Source: an uncultured Clostridia bacterium
GTDB taxonomy: Bacteria > Bacillota > Clostridia > Christensenellales > UBA1242
Direction of reading: 5' to 3'
Length of the DNA: 64,000 nucleotides
Assembly (NCBI GenBank): GCA_947630745.1
Contig: CANRIT010000005.1
Coordinates: 2,403 to 66,402, forward strand
A program made the translations under genes and the position numbers. The notes under the pieces were generated by a model that worked only from the letters and a program-made list of their open reading frames with translations, made no database searches and was not told the origin of the DNA. Below, in pieces: positions 44,424 to 53,400 of this stretch (positions within the stretch are counted from its first letter, which is position 1; every line of letters starts with the position of its first letter).

Positions 44424-46089
44424 ATATAATCCACTCTTCCCTTTTTAGATTTTGTTTTAGTTTTAACAAAATTCTATTTAGCACAATTTGCACTTTTTTC
44501 ACGCTGGTTTTAAAAATTGTGGCAAGTTGGTCGCTGGTGTATGCGATTGCTTTTTTGTTAAACCCAAAGCGCAGGCAAATCAATTTAAATTCATCATCGG
44601 ACAAAATCTGTTTTGCCATTTTCATCAGTTGATTGTTAAACGTCCTATCCTCCACCGCCGTGTCTGGACGAAAAGTGTTGTCTTCAATTGATTCTTCAAG
44701 CGTAATATCCTCGCATTTGGAGACCTTCGTACTTAGACTCGCTGGCTTGTCTGACGAATACAAAAATTCTATAATGCTTCCCTTAACCGCTTTTTTAAGA
44801 TAAGGTTTGAATGTTTCGCTTTCATTACACCTGTCCGCGCACAAAATAAGCGTGTTGTTAGCAATATCTAATAGGTCGCTGTAATTTGCTTTTCCACTAT
44901 ACCCGCGCGCAATCATTGCCACATAAGGCATGTGGTCTTCAATAACTTTTTTGCGTGCCAAACTGTCGCCATCCACCATTTTTTTGATAAGCGGAATGTC
45001 TTTATCTTGATAATAGTTGTGGGTGTTGAAAACAAAGCCTAAGGCTGTTAATTTAGCTTTTTGCTCGCCCGTTAAACTTATCCTAAAATTACGAATGTTT
45101 CTTGCGTAAAAGCCAAGTTGATAGTTGTTTATAACCGTTTGATACGGAACAAGAAGGTCGCCGCCAAGCTTAATATATTCAAACAAATTTTGATAAAACT
45201 CATCAAAAACAAATTTGCTTAATTTGTTGGGATAAGTGACCATCCAATCAAAGCCCATATCGTTTAATACTTGTTTTTGGGCGCGCGACAAATGAATTAT
45301 TCCTGTGCGGATGTTTGCCACCTTGTTGCCAAGCGGATAGCCATCTATTACGCAATAGTTTTTTACATTCAACGATTTATGTTTTTGCTTAAATTCATTC
45401 AATTTTTCAACAAATAAATCAAATTTAAATTCGCGTGACTGGTCCCAAACAAAACCCATTTCGTTCAAAATTGCCTTTTGCACGAGTGAAAGTTTTATCT
45501 CACCTGCCCGCACATGGCATGCGTTATTACCCAAATTGTAACCGTCAATTACAACATCTTTTGGCACATACATGCTGTTGCTGTTTTGCTTGTATTTTTT
45601 TAACATTTCGCAAAACTTTTCAAAATCAAACACTTTTTTTGCGTTCCAAACAAAGCCAAGTTCATCCAAAATCTGTTTTTGCTTGTCGTTTAAACGGATA
45701 TGCCCAGTGCGGATACAATCAACCTTTTTGCCCAATTTATAGCCATCGCTGCAAACATATCCGCCCTTGTTCATATCCACCTTTGCCGTATGGTACCGCT
45801 GTTTATATTCGACAAAATGCGCTAAGAATGTGTCGAAATCAAACACCTTTTTGGCATTCCAAACAAAGCCAAGTTCGTTAAGTTGCTGCTTTTGTTGTTC
45901 GGAAATTTTAGCCCTACCAGAGCGCACACACGCAACCCATTGCCCAAGCGGATAATTATCAGTGCAAACATATTTTTGTTTGACATTTAAATGCTTTTCT
46001 TCTTCTAAAAATTGTGTCAAGTGAAAAAGAAACTCTTCAAAAACGAAGTGATTGATAGTTTTTTTAACTAAATTTTCTTTTTCAGCCAT
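44422..46089 (-). CDS. Sigma-70-family-like protein with 5 N-terminal HA domain repeats
   Basis: 555 aa. C-terminal ARKKVIEDHMPYVAMIARGY...DLLDIANNTLILCAD and LSDDEFKLICLRFGF...YTSDQLATIFKTSVKKVQIVLNRILLKLK. Confidence 0.85.
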   Translation of the reverse strand: MAEKENLVKKTINHFVFEEFLFHLTQFLEEEKHLNVKQKYVCTDNYPLGQWVACVRSGRAKISEQQKQQLNELGFVWNAKKVFDFDTFLAHFVEYKQRYHTAKVDMNKGGYVCSDGYKLGKKVDCIRTGHIRLNDKQKQILDELGFVWNAKKVFDFEKFCEMLKKYKQNSNSMYVPKDVVIDGYNLGNNACHVRAGEIKLSLVQKAILNEMGFVWDQSREFKFDLFVEKLNEFKQKHKSLNVKNYCVIDGYPLGNKVANIRTGIIHLSRAQKQVLNDMGFDWMVTYPNKLSKFVFDEFYQNLFEYIKLGGDLLVPYQTVINNYQLGFYARNIRNFRISLTGEQKAKLTALGFVFNTHNYYQDKDIPLIKKMVDGDSLARKKVIEDHMPYVAMIARGYSGKANYSDLLDIANNTLILCADRCNESETFKPYLKKAVKGSIIEFLYSSDKPASLSTKVSKCEDITLEESIEDNTFRPDTAVEDRTFNNQLMKMAKQILSDDEFKLICLRFGFNKKAIAYTSDQLATIFKTSVKKVQIVLNRILLKLKQNLKREEWII

Positions 46090-46095
46090 ACAAAG

Positions 46096-46123
46096 ATTGT
46101 ACCACTAAAATAAAATTTGTCAA
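46096..46123 (-). promoter_or_regulatory. Near-consensus promoter of HA-sigma gene 4 (leaderless geometry)
   Basis: TTGACA (46118-46123), a 16-nt spacer ending in TGg, then TACAAT (46096-46101). Exactly 6 nt to the ATG at 46089. Confidence 0.7.
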
Positions 46124-46216
46124 TATCTAAATTTATTTTTTCATATCACTATCGTTCAGTTTTTATTTTTAGTAAATGAAATGGTATACACTGTTAATAT
46201 AAAAGGAGGTAAAGAT

Positions 46217-46483
46217 ATGATTACATCTACAATTTTTGATGGTATTTATTGTTTAATTGAAGAAAAAATTAAAATTGAACAATGTGTTGAATATAAACAA
46301 TTTTGTGAATGTAAAGAAAAATTTTTGGCTGAATTAAGTTTGGATATGCAAAAAAAGTTTAATGATTTAATGAACATTTTTGAAAATTTGCAAGAAGAAT
46401 TAAACTATCATAAAAATGTAGTGGCGCAAAATTATGGCATAAAAATTGGCATGGAACTAGAAGCATTTTTTGAATCAATTTAA
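46217..46483 (+). CDS. Small (88-aa) Cys-containing protein, paralog of 42558-42830
   Basis: ATG at 46217 with AAGGAGG 7 nt upstream. MITSTIFDGIYCLIEEKIKIEQ...FCECKEKFL...AQNYGIKIGMELEAFF. Divergent from HA-sigma gene 4. Confidence 0.75.
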   Translation: MITSTIFDGIYCLIEEKIKIEQCVEYKQFCECKEKFLAELSLDMQKKFNDLMNIFENLQEELNYHKNVVAQNYGIKIGMELEAFFESI

Positions 46484-46486
46484 TAT

Positions 46487-46510
46487 AAAAAAGCACGGTT
46501 AGGTGCTTTT
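46487..46510. terminator. Bidirectional terminator between the small protein gene and ackA
   Basis: aaaagcac (46489-46496) pairs with gtgctttt (46503-46510), flanked by A and T runs. Confidence 0.7.
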
Positions 46511-46528
46511 AAATTTTAAATTTTTACA

Positions 46529-47713
46529 TTATTTTGCAAGTTTGGCGGTATCCATAGCAATCATAAATTCTTCATCAGTTGGGATAATGAAAACTTTGGT
46601 TGGGCTGTCTTTTTTGGTAAGTTCACACACTTCGCCGCGCTTGAAATTTTTGTTGCGGGTTTTGTCAAACTTAATGCCCAAATATTCCATATCGCTGCAA
46701 ACGGCCTCGCGCACAAGATAGTCGTTTTCACCCACGCCCGCGGTGAAGATAACATAGTCTACCCCATTCATAGCCGCAGCGTACGCGCCAATGTATTTTT
46801 TGATTGAATACACAAGCATATCAAAGGCAAGTTTAACGCGTGGTTTATCTAAATTATCGTCAATGTCGCGCAAATCGCTAAGCCCGCCAGTTATGCCAGT
46901 AAGCCCGCTTTGTTTGTTTAAAATATTAAGTGCGCCGTCAATGTCTGTCTTTTTAATCTTCATAATTTCGCCAACAATTGAAGGGTCAATATCCCCACTG
47001 CGCGTGCCCATAATAATGCCAGCAAGTGGAGTGTATCCCATAGAAGTGTCAACACATTTGCCGTCTTTAATAGCACAGATGCTGCTGCCGCTGCCGATGT
47101 GGCAAGAGATGATTTTTTTGCCCTTTAAATTGCCAAAAAGTTTGTTGCACATGTATGCAATGTAGCGGTGGCTGGTGCCGTGCGCGCCATAGCGGCGGAT
47201 TTTATTTTTTTCATAAAACTCGTATGGAAGAGCGTACATATAGGCTTTTTCTGGCATGGTAGCGTGGAAAGAAGTGTCAAAAACAGCCACATTTTTGCAT
47301 TTTGGCATAAGCTCCATGCAAACTTGAACGCCCAAAAGTGCAGGCGGATTGTGAAGTGGAGCAAAGCCGACATATTTTTGCATATCTTTAAGCACCGATT
47401 TGGTGATCAAGGTGGACTGATTGTATTTTTCACCAAAATTTACCACACGGTGGCCGATGGCTTTAATTTCATCAAGGCTTTTGATTACGCCAATTTTTGG
47501 GTCGGTAAACGTGCTGAAAACCAACTGAAAAGCTTCCTTATGAGTTGGAAGTGGCTTGGTTATAACCTGTTTTGTGCTGGTTTTGTAGTCCATAAACGAA
47601 CCAGATAAGCCAATGCGTTGGCAGTATGCTTTTGCAAGCACTTTGTTGCCCGAGGTTTCCATCAACTGGGCTTTAAGGCTGGATGAGCCAGAATTTACAA
47701 CTAAAACTTTCAT
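46529..47713 (-). CDS. ackA: Acetate kinase
   Basis: 394 aa from MKVLVVNSGSSSLK (ATG 47711-47713, with a GGGG-type RBS). Full-length ASKHA fold. Confidence 0.95.
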   Translation of the reverse strand: MKVLVVNSGSSSLKAQLMETSGNKVLAKAYCQRIGLSGSFMDYKTSTKQVITKPLPTHKEAFQLVFSTFTDPKIGVIKSLDEIKAIGHRVVNFGEKYNQSTLITKSVLKDMQKYVGFAPLHNPPALLGVQVCMELMPKCKNVAVFDTSFHATMPEKAYMYALPYEFYEKNKIRRYGAHGTSHRYIAYMCNKLFGNLKGKKIISCHIGSGSSICAIKDGKCVDTSMGYTPLAGIIMGTRSGDIDPSIVGEIMKIKKTDIDGALNILNKQSGLTGITGGLSDLRDIDDNLDKPRVKLAFDMLVYSIKKYIGAYAAAMNGVDYVIFTAGVGENDYLVREAVCSDMEYLGIKFDKTRNKNFKRGEVCELTKKDSPTKVFIIPTDEEFMIAMDTAKLAK

Positions 47714-47784
47714 ATTATCCCCTTTTTTAATAACCAAATTATATCACACCAAAAATTAAGTTGCAAACGATTTTGACAACTTTT

Positions 47785-48735
47785 TTAAACTTGTAGCAAA
47801 GTTATAAGCGCGGTTAAAAATGCCTCTTGTTTTGTGCAGCCGCGGCTTAGGTCGTTAACTGGCTTGTTGAAATTTAACATTATTGGGCCAAGTGCGGTGT
47901 AATGTGCAAGTTCACTAACCAATTTGTACGAAATGTTGCCAGCATTTAGGTCGGGGAAAATAAGCACATTTGCCTTGCCGCCAACTGAACTTAACACACC
48001 CTTTTGTTTGGCGGTGATTTTGTTAAGGGCGGCGTCTGCTTGAATTTCACCAACTATACTAAAATTGGAATTTTGTTGCGCCAATTTTGTGGCGTCAATA
48101 ATTTTGGAGGTAAACTCGCTTTGCGCACTACCCAAAGTGGAATAACTTAGCATTGCAACGCGCGGAGTGGAAATAAATTTTTTGTAGAATTCAGCACAAG
48201 AAATTGCAATTTCGCTTAAATTTTGCGCGGTTGGGTTTACATTCAAACTTACATCACCAAACACAAGTGGAGATACCCCACCCCCTATCATAAGCATGCA
48301 ACCAACAACAAGGTTTTTATTGGGTTTGGTTTTTATAATTTGTAGGGCGGGTTTAAGTGTGTTGGCGGTGGTGTAAACTGCGCCAGCAAGCATACAATCC
48401 GCATAACCTAAATGCAAAAGCATGCAAGATAAATATTCATCATTTTGCAAAAGTTGATATGCCCCCTTGGGGGTTAAACCTTTTGACTTGCGAAGTTGAT
48501 ATAAACTATCCGCAATTTGCTTTAAATTTAAACTATCCTTATCAATAATTGTGCAGTGGGCGTTTAAAAAGTCACTATCAAAATTGCTAGGTTTGCCCAA
48601 CACAACCACATTGTTGCCGTTTTTAATAAGCATTTTTGCAGCAGCGTAAATGCGCTTATCTATGGCTGCTTCTGGCAACAAAATTTTGGCTTTACACTTT
48701 TTTGATTTGGTTAAAATTGATTGAATAACATCCAT
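47785..48735 (-). CDS. pta: Phosphate acetyltransferase (short PTA_PTB-only form)
   Basis: 316 aa from MDVIQSILTKSKKCKAKILLPEA (ATG 48733-48735, AGGGGAG RBS). Upstream of ackA. Confidence 0.9.
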   Translation of the reverse strand: MDVIQSILTKSKKCKAKILLPEAAIDKRIYAAAKMLIKNGNNVVVLGKPSNFDSDFLNAHCTIIDKDSLNLKQIADSLYQLRKSKGLTPKGAYQLLQNDEYLSCMLLHLGYADCMLAGAVYTTANTLKPALQIIKTKPNKNLVVGCMLMIGGGVSPLVFGDVSLNVNPTAQNLSEIAISCAEFYKKFISTPRVAMLSYSTLGSAQSEFTSKIIDATKLAQQNSNFSIVGEIQADAALNKITAKQKGVLSSVGGKANVLIFPDLNAGNISYKLVSELAHYTALGPIMLNFNKPVNDLSRGCTKQEAFLTALITLLQV

Positions 48736-48887
48736 ATTAACTCCCCTAAAATTTTTAAAATTTTGCAATTTTTTGTTAAAATTTAAAATATTTTGACGAA
48801 TTTTTAAATAATTTAGCAAATTTTGTAAATTTTACAAACTTTTAAATTGGCAACATAATTTTGTTTTGACTTATACTATAATTATAT

Positions 48888-49850
48888 ATGAAATTAAAAA
48901 TTAAAGCAAATAAATTTGTTGTGATTGCACTATTTTTTGTTTGCATTGTTTTTATTTTAAGCCCCGCGATTTATGCAGCAAGTTGCCTTAATGCAATTTC
49001 AGTTTGGGGGTTAAAAGTTTTGCCCACACTGCTGCCGTTTTTTATAATTACGCGCATTATTGTAAACACCATTACGCCAAAACCAAACGCGTTGGACAAG
49101 CTGTTTAACAAAGTCTATCACACACCTGCGCTTACATCAATAATTTATGTTTTGTCGATTATATCTGGATACCCCATGGGGGCAAAACTAATTTGCAACG
49201 CTTACGACAACAATTACGTAAACAAACAAGATGCAAAACGCATGCTTTCGTTTTGTTCAATAAGTGGACCGATGTTTATTGTTGGCACGGTTGGAGTTAG
49301 TATATTTTTATCGTACAAAATTGGTGTGGTAATTTTAATTTCCAACATAATTGCAAGTTTAATTAATGGGCTAATCTATCGCGGCAAACCAAACAAAATT
49401 TGCGATGTTCAAACCAAGCCTATCGCGCAAAAAAACGTTTTGGAAGATAGCGTGTACGATGCGCTTATTTCTGTAATTATGGTGGGCGGATATATTGTGT
49501 TAAGTTTCCTTGTTATTGACTTGCTAAAAAATTTGGGGGCGATTCAATTTTTGTCGAAACTTATTTCTACCCCACTAAAAATTAATAGCGCGGTTGTTGA
49601 AGCGGTTTTGTGCGGAATTGTCGAAATTACACGCGGGGTGATTGAATTGCAAGCGTCTGGCGCGGGCGAAATTTGTAAAACAATTTTGGCAAGCGGGCTG
49701 ATTGGTTTTGGCGGGATAAGCGTAATTATGCAGTCAGCATCGTTTTTAAGCCGATTGCAAATTAAAGCCAGCACAATGATTAAACAAAAAATCACGCAAG
49801 GACTTTTGTGCCTTGTTGTAACCAGCATTTTTGCCGTGTTGATTTTGTAA
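48888..49850 (+). CDS. YlbJ-like integral membrane protein (nucleoside-recognition/Gate-type)
   Basis: 320 aa polytopic. SGYPMGAKLI and SISGPMFIVGTVG motifs recall the sporulation membrane protein YlbJ. No SD; a TATAAT ends 5 nt before the ATG. Confidence 0.6.
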   Translation: MKLKIKANKFVVIALFFVCIVFILSPAIYAASCLNAISVWGLKVLPTLLPFFIITRIIVNTITPKPNALDKLFNKVYHTPALTSIIYVLSIISGYPMGAKLICNAYDNNYVNKQDAKRMLSFCSISGPMFIVGTVGVSIFLSYKIGVVILISNIIASLINGLIYRGKPNKICDVQTKPIAQKNVLEDSVYDALISVIMVGGYIVLSFLVIDLLKNLGAIQFLSKLISTPLKINSAVVEAVLCGIVEITRGVIELQASGAGEICKTILASGLIGFGGISVIMQSASFLSRLQIKASTMIKQKITQGLLCLVVTSIFAVLIL

Positions 49851-49867
49851 TTTGGGGGATAATTTAT

Positions 49868-49896
49868 TTGACAAAGGTGAAAAAAAATTTTAAAAT
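49868..49896 (+). promoter_or_regulatory. Promoter with leaderless geometry for the 49903 gene
   Basis: TTGACA (49868-49873), a 17-nt spacer, then TAAAAT (49891-49896). 6 nt to the ATG at 49903. Confidence 0.6.
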
Positions 49897-49902
49897 ATAA
49901 GT

Positions 49903-50445
49903 ATGAATAGTAAAAAATTTGAGTATTCTTCCAAAGATACGCCATTTTTAAAAAGGGATGTTATTTTTAGGGCGATGTTTATTGCACTGTTTTTGGCGGT
50001 GTTTATTTGGCAGTTGGTGATTGTTTTCAGCCACAATGTTAAAAGTCTGCCTGTGGCAACAATTGTTGTAAGTGTGCTTACCATGATAATTGCCGTGCTG
50101 TTTATTTTGATTTGTTTGCTGTATATAAGCAAGTCAATAAATGCGCTAAGTAAAATTAAAAAGGATGGCAGATGTGTTTCAAGTGTGGTGCTGCTGGCTA
50201 ATACGGACAAAAAAGGGTTTTTAAGTTTGTATGAAAAAATGAGCCAATTCCTTGCTTTTGCAATTACACTTGTGGTTATAAGCATAACAACCTACACAAT
50301 TTTGCAAGTTGTTTACCTTAACACCTACTCCAACTTTGTTCCGCTTATTTATTTAATTGCGATATGCGGATTTAACAGCGTGTACCATATAAGATATGAA
50401 TTAACCACACTAAAAACTGTACAAACCTACAACGCATTATATTAA
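49903..50445 (+). CDS. Hypothetical membrane protein (4 predicted TM helices)
   Basis: 180 aa with hydrophobic segments. No recognisable motif. Confidence 0.7.
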   Translation: MNSKKFEYSSKDTPFLKRDVIFRAMFIALFLAVFIWQLVIVFSHNVKSLPVATIVVSVLTMIIAVLFILICLLYISKSINALSKIKKDGRCVSSVVLLANTDKKGFLSLYEKMSQFLAFAITLVVISITTYTILQVVYLNTYSNFVPLIYLIAICGFNSVYHIRYELTTLKTVQTYNALY

Positions 50446-50475
50446 AAAAGATGGATTTTAAATCCACCTTTTTTT
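50444..50475. terminator. Bidirectional terminator between the 49903 gene and the giant surface protein gene
   Basis: aaaaaagatgga ttttaaa tccaccttttttt: an imperfect 6-bp stem flanked by A6 and T7. Confidence 0.6.
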
Positions 50476-50494
50476 ATGCTAAATTTTTGTTGGA

Positions 50495-53400
50495 TTATGA
50501 CGTTTTGAAAGTATATAAGTTGTAACCACTAACATCACTGGTTGCTTTTTCATATTTTGAATATAAGTAGAAATTCGACATCCATCCTATAAATACATCT
50601 CTATTGCTTGTTGTAATATAGAACTTCTTTATTATTCTATAAACCAGATTACCACATGCCGTTGAACTTGTTAACTGTCGGCAAATAGTCGGACTATCCA
50701 TAAATAATGTTGTAATCATGGTACTTGCACCAAATGCACCAGCACCAATAGATGTAACATTTTTAGTTATTTTAAACTGTGTTAAACTTGAGCAATCATA
50801 AAATGCAAAAGGTTTAATTGTTTCTAACTTTTGAGCGGCATCCATGTTAACAGTTGCTAGATACTTGCATCCTGAAAATGCTCTTTCACCGATTGTTTTT
50901 ATATTCGCCCCAATAGTTACTCTAATCAACATACTATTTGCAAAAGCAGAATTTTTAATGGAAATTACTGGAAGCCCTGCAATCGTAGCAGGCATTCCAT
51001 CTATATAAGTCCTAGTGTTACCTGCTCTAAACCCATCAATTTGCCAAGCTAATTCATCTTGTAAATAAGTGTAATCAAATTCACTAGAATATTCATTTAG
51101 GTTAGGTATAACGAATTCATAATTTGAATAAGTAGATGATTTAACAAAACCTGATGAGGCATAAGTTTCCAAATAAGAGTTGCGATTGCTGTCCGCAAGA
51201 GTTTTTGCTACAACAATCTTTTTAGCATGTCTGATTAATTTACCACAAGACTCTAAACTGCTAATTGCTGTATATATAGCCGTACTATTAATTTGAACTG
51301 TTGTTAACTGATTACAATTTAGGAAAGCATTATCGCCTATGGATGTTACGCTTGAAGGAATGTAAATTTCAGTAAGCACAGGGCAATATTCAAAAGCAGA
51401 TACACCAATAGATTGCAATTTGCTTGAACTGCTAATGCTAACCGTACGCAACAAAAGCCCATTTGTAAACGCATGAGTGCCAATGCTGGTTACGCTATCT
51501 GGTATTGAAAGTGTGGTTAATTTTGTACAAGTATCAAAAGCATAATCGCCTATTGTTGTGAGATTACTCCTAAATGTTAAACTATTTAAGCTTTCACAAC
51601 TTGCAAACGCCTGATTTTGAATGGTTTGCAAATTGCTAGCATAAGACAAATCTACCGTGGTTAATTTGCTGCATTGATAAAAAGCCCTTTGTCCAATATA
51701 GGTTACATTACTATTAATTGCTACACTAGTTATATTTGTGCCTGTAAATGCATCATTTTTAACACCAACAACTTTAATACCTAGGAAAGTGCTTGGAATG
51801 CTAACCTTAGTAATAGCCGTGTTCTTTAATCCAGTTACAATATAAGTTCCATCTACAAATTCCCAAGTATAGTCAGTTTCAGCTATGCTTGGATCTATAA
51901 ATTCGTAATTTTCGCCAGCATCTTTTATGTAAAAGTTATTTATATTTTCAATATAACTGCTGTTGTAATTATCCACAATCACTTTTGGTACAACGATTGT
52001 TTTTGCGTGGGTGACGAGATAACTAACCGAAGTTCTATCGGTAATTGCTCTATACACTTCTGGATTGTTGATTATTACTTTTGATAATTTACTGCAGTTA
52101 GAGAATACATTGTTAGCAATATTGGTGTTGATTAAACTTTCTGGTATGGTTACTTCGGTTATACTTGTGTATGCGAATACTCTACCTTCAAGCTTTGTAA
52201 GTCCATTTGGTAAAGTTATCGCACCAGTTAACGAAGTACAATTGCTGAAAGCTCCACTGCAAATTATTTCCAAACTTGTAGCTTGGCTCATATCAACTTG
52301 TTGCAAGTTGGTGCAACCGTTAAATGCATCATCTGAAATTCTCGTTATATTTTTGCCAATTTTTAGGGTATTGATATCTAAATTATCTTTAAATCCCACA
52401 ACGCCAAAAACTTTATAGCCTTCAAACATGTCTGGAATGACAAGGTCGGTAATTGTTTTGCCTTCCCTAAGCCCAGTAATCATCCAGCCTTGTTGACTTT
52501 CCATCCACGACCACTCGAAATCTGATTCTATTGAGTAAATATCAACAAATTTATAATAGTCGCCATCATCACGCCTAATATAATTATTCATATTTTCAAG
52601 ATAACTGCTATCGTACTCATCAACAATTGCTTTTGGCACGCTAACTGTAGGTTTTAAGTCAGTATAGCCAAGAAGGAAACCACAAGAATCAACCGATGTT
52701 AATGCTTGGTAAATATCTGCACTATTTATTGTAACATCCATCAAATTATCACAGCCAGTAAATGCAGCTTGCCCAATGGTTTGTACACTGCTTGGGATGG
52801 TTATTTGGGTTAACTCTTTGAGATAGATAAATGCGTTTTCACCAATTGATTTTACATTAGAGCCCAATGTTACACTTGTAATTTTTGGTGCTAATTCCAA
52901 TTGAACAGCTTTAAATAAGTTTGCTGGAATTGTTTGTACATTTTCGCCAAATATTACTGAAATTCCTTCCCTACTTTCACCTGCATTGTCAAATGCATTA
53001 GTATAAGGTGAAAGTGAATTTAAATTAGTTGAATTGAAAATAATTTTAGTTATATGCTGGCAATTGATATTGAATAAGTTTGCTGGTATTGTTTGAACTT
53101 TTTCGCCAAAAGTTACTGTCAAACTTTCTGTACCTTCCCCCACTGATTTAAATGGAGTATAATTTATATCATTTGCACTAATTGCATTATAATAAATTTC
53201 ACTAACATAAAAACAATATTCAAATGAGCCATTATTCCAACCATCGCCAAAACTTATTACACTCTCCGGAATGCTAATACTTGTTGCAGATAAACACATT
53301 GAGTAAGCAAGTTCACCAATTGTTGTTACTCCTTCTGGAATGTCAATATTTATTAAACCAGAGCCGTAGAATGAACGATTGCCTATTGTCCTTAAACCTG

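Noticed and set aside
23292-46089. The HA-sigma loci as part of a mobile element or prophage
   Set aside because: I saw no integrase, recombinase, transposase, flanking att-like repeats or phage genes. The two loci are separated by core genes (ffh, ftsY, smc). Duplication in place is the simpler explanation, although horizontal origin cannot be excluded.
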